DNA of 64,000 bases from IMG/VR virus record IMGVR_UViG_3300045988_120893, positions 1 to 64,000 of that record; one strand, 5' to 3'. The DNA is from a virus. The notes beneath the pieces are model-generated. The model searched no databases, had not been told where the DNA came from, and was given only the letters and a program-made list of their open reading frames with translations. Numbering within the stretch: the first letter of the stretch is position 1; each line of letters starts with the position of its first letter. Shown here one piece after another: positions 24,696-34,498 of this stretch. The translations under genes and the position numbers were made by a program.

Positions 24696-25841
24696 CTAAT
24701 CTGCTTCTGTGAGAGTCACCATCTCAATGTCTGTGACAGGATAAACACCGCTATTGAGTTTTATATTTGCCTGGCCTCCGTTCATGTACAGAAGGTTAAA
24801 ATCATAGACTCCTTCGATATCTCCAAGTATGTTAGTGACCTTCTGGTACCTGATTTCTCCGTCGCTGATGCATGACGAAAAGTATTCTTTCAGTTTTGAT
24901 GTAAAGGCGGAAGTAACGGAAGTGATTGTTCCGGAAGTCAGAACAACGGTTGCACTTATCGTTACAGAAAGGGTTGTAGGTGGAACAACAGAAAGTTTTG
25001 CTCCGCATGGTGCAATCCTTAGGCTGTCGTCATTCGGGGACATTATGTGGTTGTAAACATCCGTGCATAATTGCTGGCTTGCTGGTTCTCCGTTACCGTC
25101 AAGTAACACAATGGTAACGATTCCAGATGTATCCTTTGATCGTATGACGCTTGCTTCTCCGGTTCCTGGTACTTCCTCCGCCCATCTCTTATAATCTGAT
25201 GGGTTTCCAATATTAGAATCCCCCTGTGTCTTGTCATAGTCACTGATCCTCTCAATCAGGCTTTCGTCAGATTCTTCATCAATGCCGCCAGTGAAAGGAT
25301 TTGCGTTGGTTATTCCTGTTACATCATCATAAGCTGTAGAGTTAATCACAATGGTATTTGCGGCGGTATTGCCTGTCGAACCTGCAACAGAAGCATGTGC
25401 AGACACTGTGACAGTTCCGCTTTCCCCTATCTCACATTCTTCTGATGTCACATAATCCTGTGATGCGATATCGTTCTTCGATTCGGTAGAGCACATATAC
25501 CCGGCTGGTATTGTTGTACCTGGTGTCCCTGTGAATGTGATTTCACCTGTGGCATACAGTGCTTCTTTCCTTGTGAGCCCCCTAAGCTGTGCGTGCAAGT
25601 CCACATATTCCCCTGTAGAGAACCTAGGCCAGATCAGGTTGATCGCTTCCGGAAGGTTGTATCCCCTGAGCTGTGAGACGATATATGCGGTTGGCCTTGT
25701 GAAATTCCAGAGATGCTGCCCTTCGCTCTTGTCGTATTCGTCCGGAATCAGGGACATCATTGCTTCGTGGATATCGTCCTCATCATTCACAGACAGGAAA
25801 TCAGGTATCTCTAATTCGTCTAATTCGTCTATTGCCGCCAT
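24696..25841 (-). CDS. Baseplate J-like protein (XkdT-like)
   Basis: 381 aa, with order conserved relative to the PBSX xkdS-T-U genes. Confidence 0.8.
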   Translation of the reverse strand: MAAIDELDELEIPDFLSVNDEDDIHEAMMSLIPDEYDKSEGQHLWNFTRPTAYIVSQLRGYNLPEAINLIWPRFSTGEYVDLHAQLRGLTRKEALYATGEITFTGTPGTTIPAGYMCSTESKNDIASQDYVTSEECEIGESGTVTVSAHASVAGSTGNTAANTIVINSTAYDDVTGITNANPFTGGIDEESDESLIERISDYDKTQGDSNIGNPSDYKRWAEEVPGTGEASVIRSKDTSGIVTIVLLDGNGEPASQQLCTDVYNHIMSPNDDSLRIAPCGAKLSVVPPTTLSVTISATVVLTSGTITSVTSAFTSKLKEYFSSCISDGEIRYQKVTNILGDIEGVYDFNLLYMNGGQANIKLNSGVYPVTDIEMVTLTEAD

Positions 25842-25854
25842 GATGCACCTCCTT

Positions 25855-26325
25855 CTATGCTGCTATCGTTGCTTCTATGCTTATCAATTCGCTTTCCATA
25901 CCGACAACATCAATCCTTACGATTACTTCTGATGTGCTTATCCACTCAAAGTCAATATTCTGCACATACTGAGTTCGCCCGTATGGGTCACATTCTAATG
26001 CTTCTGATATTTCTGCTTCCAGCATACTTTCAATTTCTTCCTGGTCCTCTAAATTGAATATCTCGTCATAATCAATTCCGATATCGTCTGTATAGGAATC
26101 ATGCTTGTACCTTTCGGTCGCAATGACATTTTCACACCACTGCTGCCAGGCTGTTATGCCATCAGCATCTATGATTTGACCGGAGCCGTTGAAAATAAAT
26201 TCCCCTGATTCATAATCAAAAAGTGCGGATGTCTTATAACCTATGGTTTCTTCCTCTTCTTCCTCAGAAAAATCTTCATAATCCAGGTCGTCGATATCGT
26301 CAGGGAAAAGGTTATCTTCATCCAT
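25855..26325 (-). CDS. XkdS-like baseplate protein
   Basis: Acidic N-terminus. Size and position match PBSX xkdS. Confidence 0.65.
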   Translation of the reverse strand: MDEDNLFPDDIDDLDYEDFSEEEEEETIGYKTSALFDYESGEFIFNGSGQIIDADGITAWQQWCENVIATERYKHDSYTDDIGIDYDEIFNLEDQEEIESMLEAEISEALECDPYGRTQYVQNIDFEWISTSEVIVRIDVVGMESELISIEATIAA

Positions 26326-26341
26326 GTGTCACACCCCCAAT

Positions 26342-26623
26342 CTATGACATGTCAGCACGAACGATCTTATCTACAACAACCGGCTCTCCGTCAAAGGTCC
26401 ATACAACAAGAACACGGTCTCCACTTGATACATTGATTGAACTGCATATGGAGTAATCGTCCGGATAGAATACATTATCAGGAAGTGAATAGAGTTTCAG
26501 TTTTTTTCCATGAATGATAGTTCCAATCTCCGCATTGATGTTCGTATTCCTCTCAGAAATGGAGTTCATGCGATCCTGGATAACCACAGCAAGCCTGTGG
26601 GCTCCTTTACTGCTGTTGCTCAT
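26342..26623 (-). CDS. XkdR-like small baseplate protein
   Basis: 93 aa, 4-nt overlap with the upstream gene, PBSX order. Confidence 0.6.
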   Translation of the reverse strand: MSNSSKGAHRLAVVIQDRMNSISERNTNINAEIGTIIHGKKLKLYSLPDNVFYPDDYSICSSINVSSGDRVLVVWTFDGEPVVVDKIVRADMS

Positions 26624-27645
26624 GCTTTTGCCACCTCCATTGTCATTACATGATTGGTTGCATCATGCTCTATTCCATTTACAATGTAATAGTTATTGAG
26701 GAAACCTGTGTTGATTCGTACTTTATGCCCTTTCTTAATCCATGGGTTGTCCACGACTTCAACAGTTACTTCACGTTTTGGATGTCCGTTGCTTTTTATC
26801 GTGTTCTTTGCTTCTTTTTTTATGGTTTCTAATTTTTCGTCTTTTGAAATTACTATGATGCTTTGCAGTGTACCGTATTTTTTAGTGTCTCCGTCTACAT
26901 GAGTGACAGCTAAATAGTTTCCGGTCTCTTCTTCTGAGTCTCCGTTCTTTTTTGTCTCTTCTTTCACGATTCGAACCCTTGTAATCATATCATCCATAGT
27001 TTCGAGATAAGATTCATAGAGTGCGTTATCCCCTTTCTCTATCTTGTATATGGTTTTATTAGAGCCTTTCGTTTCAATCACCATCACGCCTTTTTCGCAC
27101 CGGATGACATAACCTACACCGGTCTTTTTTTTGGCTTTATTAAGTATGGAAATGAAAATATCTGATATGTATTCATCACGGTACACCAGCTTTTCGTGTG
27201 TGATGCTTTTATAGTTGTATCGTATTTTGATTCCCCATTTTTTCGCCAGGTCAGTTATGACATTCTTTGTTGCGGAACCTTTAGGGCGGTATAAGTTGTC
27301 CTTGCTGTTCTGCAGGTATATCAGCTTGTCATAGCACAATAGAGTTATATCCCTGGTATCGTTGGATGTTTCGAATTTCCGCTCCCAGACGAATCCACGG
27401 AATACCTCTTTATATCCTCCACCGGTATTGGCATACACATATACTTTTTGCCTGAGTTTTATGATGCTGCTCAGTTTTTTCTTCCCTACTTTTACATTCG
27501 CTATGGTAATAGATACCTTTTCAGCAATGTTTTCCTTTTCATTCGATACCACAAGGTCTGTGGTAATGTCTTTGAACATGTACTTTGTCCCGTCGGAAGT
27601 ATACAGGTTCATTTTATACTCCGGCTTTGCCATAGATGCCGCCAT
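26620..27645 (-). CDS. XkdQ-like tail/baseplate hub protein
   Basis: 341 aa, located between the LysM protein and the baseplate genes. Confidence 0.7.
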   Translation of the reverse strand: MAASMAKPEYKMNLYTSDGTKYMFKDITTDLVVSNEKENIAEKVSITIANVKVGKKKLSSIIKLRQKVYVYANTGGGYKEVFRGFVWERKFETSNDTRDITLLCYDKLIYLQNSKDNLYRPKGSATKNVITDLAKKWGIKIRYNYKSITHEKLVYRDEYISDIFISILNKAKKKTGVGYVIRCEKGVMVIETKGSNKTIYKIEKGDNALYESYLETMDDMITRVRIVKEETKKNGDSEEETGNYLAVTHVDGDTKKYGTLQSIIVISKDEKLETIKKEAKNTIKSNGHPKREVTVEVVDNPWIKKGHKVRINTGFLNNYYIVNGIEHDATNHVMTMEVAKA

Positions 27646-27662
27646 GATACCACCTCAATTCA

Positions 27663-28418
27663 TCATGGAATCTTCAACTTTGTCCCTGGATAGATCCAGT
27701 GGCCGTTACTGGATGATTTTTTTCCGTGTTTTTTTGCTGCTTTTTCAATCGTTGATTTATTCGCATTGTATATCTTTCTCCACTGGGAGCCTTTTTTGTA
27801 ATACTTTTTGGAGATGTTCCAAAGGCAGTCCCCTTTTTTTACAACGTATGATTTACTTGAACTTCTTTTTGATGTCCTTTTTGTCCCGCTGGTTTTGTTT
27901 TTCTTCTTTTTAACCCGGTCTACTTCAATGTCAACAGCCTGAACTAATTCAATAGAATAATAGATATTACCATTCGAACCCTCATACGTCTCAGCATAGG
28001 AATTGATGTATGCGTACATATTGATAGGTGTAGTGGTAATTGAAACTTTTATTTTTTTGCCGTTCCTTCTCCAGTATTCGATCTGTTTTCTTATGCTGCT
28101 GGGGCTTTTGTACTTAATGACGTATTTCTCGTTTTTCAGGCTTGGTCCTGGAAAGAAACATTCCCATCCGACATAGGATACGTCCTTTCCATTCGGTATT
28201 TTAGACGTTCCTTTGTTTATGATCTGGTACTCCTGGAAATATCCATCTGCATTATACGTGATCTTCTCAGGATTGACAGGAATTGTTATCGTTGTGCTTT
28301 TATTTTTATTATTTTTCCCATACAGCTTTATTTTCAATTTCCTCGTCTTATTTGCAGAGCCGAATTTTTTTTCTATTTTCTTACTTGTGCTGGAAATCTT
28401 AACTTCCAAATATGCCAC
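27663..28418 (-). CDS. LysM-domain tail protein (XkdP-like)
   Basis: C-terminal LysM: YVVKKGDCLWNISKKYY..GSQWRKIYNANK...IYPGTKLKIP. Confidence 0.85.
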   Translation of the reverse strand: MAYLEVKISSTSKKIEKKFGSANKTRKLKIKLYGKNNKNKSTTITIPVNPEKITYNADGYFQEYQIINKGTSKIPNGKDVSYVGWECFFPGPSLKNEKYVIKYKSPSSIRKQIEYWRRNGKKIKVSITTTPINMYAYINSYAETYEGSNGNIYYSIELVQAVDIEVDRVKKKKNKTSGTKRTSKRSSSKSYVVKKGDCLWNISKKYYKKGSQWRKIYNANKSTIEKAAKKHGKKSSSNGHWIYPGTKLKIP

Positions 28419-28424
28419 CCCCCA

Positions 28425-31400
28425 TCATGTTGCCAGAGGAATATTTTGGAATGCTTCTGAGAGAGCTTCCGCAATCGCATTGCTGATTCTGTCTGTGTTG
28501 CTTTCAACGTCTGCTGCCACTCCGTTTCCTCCGCCGATGATCTCGATTGTGATACCTCCTACATTGACCTCAATCTTTCCTCCGGTTCTTCTCTGTGGTT
28601 CGTCAGAAATGGATACAGAATTGTAACTGTTGTTTGCTGTGTTCATCATCTGACGCAACTTAGAACTTCCTCCGACGATACCTCCATTGGCAAATGCCGG
28701 GATTCCCATTGCATCTGCCGCCTGTTTCAGAAGATATTTACCCCTGTTCCTTCTTTTTGCTCCAAGCGGTATAACCATCTCAGGGCCATCCTCTCCGATC
28801 AGTGATAAGGTCGCACCGTTTACATATCCGCCATTCGCAAATTGACGTTTGCTTCCTCCACTGATATCTATACTTCCAATAGAGTTACTGATTTTATCTT
28901 TGATATTCGATACAATATCTCCAATGCCGCTAACACTACTAAGTCCCATAGAGACATTGACAGAACCGGTTACATTAAGTCCTGTTACGGCATCCTTCGT
29001 TTTTGATTTAGATTCCGATTTAGGATTGCTTGTGTCCGTGCTGTTCTCTTTCATGGTAATGTCGGCAGAACCGTTAATGGAAAGTCCAGTTACTGAGTCT
29101 TTTGTCTTTGATTTTGCTTTGGATTTCGTGTCGCTGGTATCCGTGCTTTTCTCTTTCATGGTAACGTTAGCAGACCCGGTTACTTTCTGGCCTTTTACAG
29201 CCTTTTTTGTTTTGCTTTTAGACTTTTCTTCAACGTCTGTTGTATCTACTTTTTTCGCTTTTACGGTAACGTTTCCTTTTTTGTCAATTTTAAGAACTCC
29301 TGCTTTTTCAAGTGATTTGACAGCTTTCTTTGTTTGCTTGTCAAGATTTTTTGTGTTGATGCCGCCTTTTTTTGTGATGGTTACTTTTCCTTTTTTATTG
29401 ATCTTGATAAGACCCTGCTTTTCAAGGTTCTTTGCCGCTTTCTTAGCCGACTTATCTAACTTCGTGGTATCAACTTTTTTCGGTTTGATTGTTATTTTTC
29501 CGTTCTTGTCAATCTTGATGACACCGCTCTTTTCAAGCTCCCTTACGGCTTTTTTGGTGTCCTTGTCCAGCCCGGATGTATCAATCTTTCCATTTTTTGT
29601 TTTGATTTTGACTTTTCCATCTTTTGTGATTGTGATTTTTCCTTTTTCTTTCAATGTCTTAATAACATCTGTTGTCTTCTTGTCCATGTCGGAGAAGTCA
29701 ATATTCTTTTTTGATGCTTTCACTTTAAGGTTTGTGTCTACATCTATAGTTGCGTTTTTTAGTCCTTTTTCCCTGGTGCTCTTGACTTCTTCAAGCCCTT
29801 CCTCGATACCTTTTTTCAGAGCAGCAGGAAGCAGCTTCCCTTTTTTATTTAACAGCTTTTCTGCGTGTGAGCTGTCAGTCTTAGCCATTTCCTTACCGAT
29901 CATCTCATAGTACGAATTTTTGTCGCCTGACATGATTTTTATATTCTGGATGTCACTTAACGAGTCCTCAATCCACTGTGGAACCTTTTCTCCCGCATCC
30001 TGGCAAGATTTTTTCAGTGACTTTAAATCCTGTTCCTGTGGTTTCAGGGAATCATAGAATCCCTTCATTTGTTTCTGCACTTCTTTTGTGACACCAGCAT
30101 CTTCAAGGAACTTCGCATGTGATTCATCCAATGCTTTCTGCGAATCATCCGTCCATTTGATCGACTGCCTGTTACGGTACATGAACTTCGTGCTGCTGTT
30201 CATTCCAACGGCTTCTCTTTTTAAGTTGCTGTCGTCACTGATATAGTTTTCAAGACCTTCTATTTCAGTTCCGTAATTATCTTTCAGGATGTCTAAGGAA
30301 ACAGTTACACTTGATTTTATGGTTGCAGCCTTCCCGCTTCTCCATTTATCTTCAATTTCTTTCAGCTTTTTCTTGTAATTTGCTTCGCTGATTTCGCCCT
30401 CTTCAAACTCAACGTCAATCTCTCCCCTTGCTTTGACATATGCATCGTCATACGCTTGCAGATTTGTTTCATTTTGGCTGTTCAGTTCATCTATAAGGGA
30501 AGAGTATGATTCGGCAGTGAGGTCCTTGAACTGGTATTTCTGCTTGATTAGGTCGTAAGAAGCGTCTGCTTCAGCTTTTGAAACCTTTTCAATTCTTTCC
30601 TGAACCTTGTCCTGGATGGCTTCTATCTGTCCGACAATTTCATCAATCTTCTTTTGTTCATCAAGGTCGATCTTTCCATCGTCAAATGCATCCGCTATAA
30701 CCTTGTTGAGTTTTTTCGTCTTTTTGGCAAGGTCTTTTTCAAGTCCGGAGTACGTTTTTTCCATATTCTTCGTCATTTTCGCCATGCCCTTTGTGTCATC
30801 TCCGTATAGAAGCTGGAAAGCGGATCTTGTGCTTTTCTTGTTGGTTACAAGAAGCTCCTTTGTTGCTGATGCGTAATCTTTCAGTGCTGTTTTGTACTCA
30901 CTTATGTCTGATTTCGACAGCTTTCCACCGCCTTTTATCATTGCTGAGGAATAATCAATCGTGTACTTGTTGTCTTGAAGTGTCTGCTGTATCGTGTCAA
31001 GTTCATCAAGGCTGTTATTGAATTTTTCAACATTGTTAATTACATCTTTCCCTATGATTTTCTTAACACTTCGTGATAATTCGTCTGCTGACAACGACCA
31101 CTTTCCGAAACGTTTGTTCATGTCTTTCCTTGCGAGTTCGTCAAGCTCTTCATTTAATTCCGCATATGATTTTTTACATCCAGAAATGGAGTCCGCAACC
31201 TTATTTCCTCCAAATATCGCACCTAACCCACCGATACCGGCTCCTATCAGTGCTCCAGGAACTGCGCCGGCTCCGCCGAAAAATGCACCTATGGCGGCTC
31301 CTGCGGCGGCTCCTGCTGCTGCACCACCACCTACCATCGCCACTTTCGTTCCAGCTCTGTATTTGTTCCTTTTCTTGTCCCATTCGTTGTCTGCGGTCTT

Positions 31401-33239
31401 TGATGCAATGTAATCATTGCCTGCACTTATCAATCCTGCCGCACCGGCAATACCTCCAGCTGTCGCTCCAAGTCCGATAGCGGATAATGCCCCGGCACCC
31501 ATGGAAGCACCACCAGCAAGGTTTCCAACTCCCATTCTGATTGCCTGATTCGCACCGAAACCGAGTAACCCTGTACCTGCAGATGCGGAACCGATAACGC
31601 CCCTAAGTCCTATTCCGTTAAGTATTCCGCCGCCTGTCAGTACACTTCCTGTTGCTCCTCCTGTTCCGTTCCAAAGTCCTCTAAGACCGGAAATAGCAGA
31701 TAAAATTCCTGATGTAAGTTTCAATGCCAGCCCTGTTTTGATGATGTTCCCAAGGACTCCTCCCCTTCCGTTGAATAGGGATTTGAAACCTTCAATGAAT
31801 ACATCTTTGATGGTTTTCATTATTTTTTTTCCGTCAAAGCCTTCAGCGAATCCTTTTCCAAAGTTGCTTCCAACGTCAGATGCTTCCTTGAACACTTCCA
31901 TCCCTGTTGTGTCCACTCCAAGAAGTGATAAGATGCCTTTTCCAAGTGCCAATGTTGCATTTGTCAGGCCTTCTCCAAGAAGTTTTCCGAAACTCTTGAA
32001 TTTTCCTTCTATGTATGGTTTTCCGGATGAATCCCACCATCTGCCGAACGGTTTTGATATCAATTCATCCCAGGCAATTTTCATTTTTCCGAATAACGAA
32101 GCATTTTTAAATTCTTTCGTTTCCGTCAGCTTCATCAATTTATCTATGGTACTCTCCAGCTTTCCTGCTGCCCAGTTGGAGAGGGTTTTTCCAATTTCTT
32201 TTAATGTGTCACCGAATTTTGAAAGTCTTTCTTCATTTGCGTCCAAGAATTTAACGATAGATCCGAAACCTTTCTTCGCCCCATCCTGCAATCCTTGTCC
32301 CCATTTTCTTAAAACGTTGATTTCAAATGTATCCTCAATCTGTGATTTAAGTCCTTCTACCGTTTCATTGGCAGTCTTGTTCATCATACCTTCGTATTCT
32401 TTCATACCTTCCATGAGTGCTTTAATTGCCGCTTCTGAGCCGATAGCACCTTTTTGAAGGTCGTCAGAAAGTTTCTTGATACCTGCATCACCAGAACCAT
32501 AGCCTAGACCTTCTGCTAGATATCTCTTTGCTGATATTCCAGCTTCTGCCAGCTGATTCAATTCTTCTGTCGATAATTTACCTTTTGACTTGATCTGTGC
32601 CAATGCCAGTACAATACGGTTAAGGCCTTCATCACCTTTTCCAGTTGCTGCTGCGGCATCACCGATTGTAGTCATGTCTTTTACAATGTTTTTTGCATCC
32701 CAACCCATAGCAATCATCTTCTGTGCCTGTGAGATGGTATTGGATGTTTTGAACGGAGTTTCTTTTGCGAATTTGTCCAAATCATCCATCATCTTCTGCC
32801 CCTTCTTATCCCCAAGAAGAGTGGAGAAACCAATCTTAGCGGAGGAATACTGGTCGGCCAGATTGATAGGTTCCATGATTCCTTTTTTGAAAGCCAAAGC
32901 ACCGCCGACTGCTACAGCAAGTGTTTTAATTGAGAACAGCATGTTTTTGATTGCTCTTAACGGTCTGGTCGCATAGTCTACGATCCTAACACCGGCTCTC
33001 CATGTCCTTCCTGCGAAACTACGTAATCCTGACGTGACGCTTCTCAGTGTAGAAGATGCATGGTCTACAAGGCTTAACGTTGGATGTGCTGTAGAACCGC
33101 TAAGGCTTTGTATCTGCTGTCTTAATCGTGCTATTTCCTGCAGTGCCCTATCAAGGTCTGCTTGCATGGCACTCATTCCAGGGCCTGTGTTGTTCTGGAA
33201 CTGAGCGACAATATCAATGACGATTGATTCATCTGCCAT
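28425..33239 (-). CDS. Tape measure protein (1604 aa)
   Basis: Size, position after the chaperone genes, Gly/Ala-rich TM-like segment (GGAAAGAAAGAAIGAFFGGAG...) and internal tandem repeats. Confidence 0.95.
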   Translation of the reverse strand: MADESIVIDIVAQFQNNTGPGMSAMQADLDRALQEIARLRQQIQSLSGSTAHPTLSLVDHASSTLRSVTSGLRSFAGRTWRAGVRIVDYATRPLRAIKNMLFSIKTLAVAVGGALAFKKGIMEPINLADQYSSAKIGFSTLLGDKKGQKMMDDLDKFAKETPFKTSNTISQAQKMIAMGWDAKNIVKDMTTIGDAAAATGKGDEGLNRIVLALAQIKSKGKLSTEELNQLAEAGISAKRYLAEGLGYGSGDAGIKKLSDDLQKGAIGSEAAIKALMEGMKEYEGMMNKTANETVEGLKSQIEDTFEINVLRKWGQGLQDGAKKGFGSIVKFLDANEERLSKFGDTLKEIGKTLSNWAAGKLESTIDKLMKLTETKEFKNASLFGKMKIAWDELISKPFGRWWDSSGKPYIEGKFKSFGKLLGEGLTNATLALGKGILSLLGVDTTGMEVFKEASDVGSNFGKGFAEGFDGKKIMKTIKDVFIEGFKSLFNGRGGVLGNIIKTGLALKLTSGILSAISGLRGLWNGTGGATGSVLTGGGILNGIGLRGVIGSASAGTGLLGFGANQAIRMGVGNLAGGASMGAGALSAIGLGATAGGIAGAAGLISAGNDYIASKTADNEWDKKRNKYRAGTKVAMVGGGAAAGAAAGAAIGAFFGGAGAVPGALIGAGIGGLGAIFGGNKVADSISGCKKSYAELNEELDELARKDMNKRFGKWSLSADELSRSVKKIIGKDVINNVEKFNNSLDELDTIQQTLQDNKYTIDYSSAMIKGGGKLSKSDISEYKTALKDYASATKELLVTNKKSTRSAFQLLYGDDTKGMAKMTKNMEKTYSGLEKDLAKKTKKLNKVIADAFDDGKIDLDEQKKIDEIVGQIEAIQDKVQERIEKVSKAEADASYDLIKQKYQFKDLTAESYSSLIDELNSQNETNLQAYDDAYVKARGEIDVEFEEGEISEANYKKKLKEIEDKWRSGKAATIKSSVTVSLDILKDNYGTEIEGLENYISDDSNLKREAVGMNSSTKFMYRNRQSIKWTDDSQKALDESHAKFLEDAGVTKEVQKQMKGFYDSLKPQEQDLKSLKKSCQDAGEKVPQWIEDSLSDIQNIKIMSGDKNSYYEMIGKEMAKTDSSHAEKLLNKKGKLLPAALKKGIEEGLEEVKSTREKGLKNATIDVDTNLKVKASKKNIDFSDMDKKTTDVIKTLKEKGKITITKDGKVKIKTKNGKIDTSGLDKDTKKAVRELEKSGVIKIDKNGKITIKPKKVDTTKLDKSAKKAAKNLEKQGLIKINKKGKVTITKKGGINTKNLDKQTKKAVKSLEKAGVLKIDKKGNVTVKAKKVDTTDVEEKSKSKTKKAVKGQKVTGSANVTMKEKSTDTSDTKSKAKSKTKDSVTGLSINGSADITMKENSTDTSNPKSESKSKTKDAVTGLNVTGSVNVSMGLSSVSGIGDIVSNIKDKISNSIGSIDISGGSKRQFANGGYVNGATLSLIGEDGPEMVIPLGAKRRNRGKYLLKQAADAMGIPAFANGGIVGGSSKLRQMMNTANNSYNSVSISDEPQRRTGGKIEVNVGGITIEIIGGGNGVAADVESNTDRISNAIAEALSEAFQNIPLAT
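29240..29690. repeat. Tandem ~111-bp (about 37-aa) repeats inside the tape measure gene
   Basis: About five units of the form DK.TKKAV..LEK.G.IKI.K.GK.T.K.KKVDT. Boundaries are approximate. Confidence 0.6.
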
Positions 33240-33257
33240 TCCTATTCCCCCTTTCCG

Positions 33258-33461
33258 CTATGATTGTAATAGTGGGCAGTGTATCTTCCCTATTTGTTTT
33301 TTTGCATGGAAGGTATCTCCCTGAATATCACGGATGGCACATGCGAACATGAACGCTTTTGCACCATCCGTCTTTTTCATTACCTCATCCGGCATTACTC
33401 CGAACTCACAGAATATGTGTTCAAGAAGCTGTGCCATGGATGAGGCTTCTATCAGTTTTTT
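33258..33461 (-). CDS. -1 frameshift extension of the tail assembly chaperone (GT-like product)
   Basis: The -1 frame is open from the slippery site through ...LIEASSMAQLLEHIF... to TAG at 33258-33260. Confidence 0.7.
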   Translation of the reverse strand, partial: KKLIEASSMAQLLEHIFCEFGVMPDEVMKKTDGAKAFMFACAIRDIQGDTFHAKKQIGKIHCPLLQS

Positions 33462-33973
33462 GCATATTCAGTTAAGTCCATGTCGTAACCGCTCAGCTCG
33501 TCAATAGCATCATTCAGGACGTTCTTTTCTCCTGCCATAAGGACAGCATCAATGATTTCCCAGTTCTCCATGATGTCAATTCCTTTTGCTTTCAGACCAC
33601 GTTTTAATGATGGGTTATCCCACATTTTTTCCCTGTCTGCTTCCACTGTAGCCTGATAGATCTTACGGCTCTTGAACTCTCCGTAACGGATATCTCCCTC
33701 GATCTTAGGCAGTCTCTTACCTTCCGGATTGTTATACATAGGTGTGGACAGCTTGCGGATCCTTTGAAGCTCAGGCTCCCCAAGAGGGCGGATGTGGAAT
33801 GAGAAAAGCGGCTTTCCTCCACGTTTGATTTCTACCAGTTTCTGTGTCTGTTCATCATCCTTGTAATCTGCGGCTGAAAGAAGGCTGTTAATTAAGTCTT
33901 CCTCTGTGCGGTCAATAACTTCCTGTGAAGGAAGTCCTGTTGCTTTCGTTTCTTCATTGTTGTTTGCGGCCAT
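33452..33973 (-). CDS. Tail assembly chaperone (XkdN-like, G product)
   Basis: 173 aa, located between the tube gene and the tape measure gene. Confidence 0.8.
   Translation of the reverse strand: MAANNNEETKATGLPSQEVIDRTEEDLINSLLSAADYKDDEQTQKLVEIKRGGKPLFSFHIRPLGEPELQRIRKLSTPMYNNPEGKRLPKIEGDIRYGEFKSRKIYQATVEADREKMWDNPSLKRGLKAKGIDIMENWEIIDAVLMAGEKNVLNDAIDELSGYDMDLTEYAKN
33455..33461 (-). promoter_or_regulatory. Slippery heptamer A_AAA_AAC for -1 programmed ribosomal frameshift
   Basis: The zero frame reads GCA AAA AAC TGA. The heptamer sits immediately before the stop of the chaperone gene. Confidence 0.75.
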
Positions 33974-34005
33974 AATGAATCCTCCTATTATTTTTAAAAT
34001 TAAAA

Positions 34006-34479
34006 TTAAACGGTTGCTACTCCTGTGAGCTGTTTCAGTCTCTTAGGGATTGAGTTCACACGGAAGTTCAATGCACGTTTCAGAACATCTCCAGGTGTAA
34101 GGTTCTGGATATCCCAGGAGCCATCAGGTACACAGTTGGCGTATGTGATATCCTGCTGCTGTGAATCATATTCACGGTCTAATGTTCCACGGAAATCCCA
34201 GCTTGGTTTCTTACCTGATGCGATAGCATCAAGTACAGGTCCGATAGTGATATCATCCGTTACAACAGCTTCCGTGAGTGTAAGACTTACGGAAATATTA
34301 CCAGGGATTGCATAAGTCAGCCTGTCTCCTACAGGGTTGAAGTCAATGTTTCCAAAGTTCATCTGTGCCTGGAATGTGTCTACGTTCGCCATAAGTACGG
34401 ATTTACCGTCTACTGTCACATATAACCTTCCATCATGTCCGGTCATTACTTTTCTAGGGTCAAGTGTTCCTGTTGCCAT
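34006..34479 (-). CDS. Tail tube protein (XkdM-like)
   Basis: 157 aa, directly after the sheath gene. Confidence 0.85.
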   Translation of the reverse strand: MATGTLDPRKVMTGHDGRLYVTVDGKSVLMANVDTFQAQMNFGNIDFNPVGDRLTYAIPGNISVSLTLTEAVVTDDITIGPVLDAIASGKKPSWDFRGTLDREYDSQQQDITYANCVPDGSWDIQNLTPGDVLKRALNFRVNSIPKRLKQLTGVATV

Positions 34480-34498
34480 TATTTATTCACTCCTTCCG

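Noticed and set aside
28849-29910. 353-aa plus-strand ORF, with similar ones at 30994..31413, 31738..32457, 39821..40267 and 40575..40982
   Set aside because: These are antisense shadows of the tape measure, decoration and scaffold genes. Their translations are Ser/Phe/Leu/Pro-rich and low-complexity, and they have no SD or operon context.
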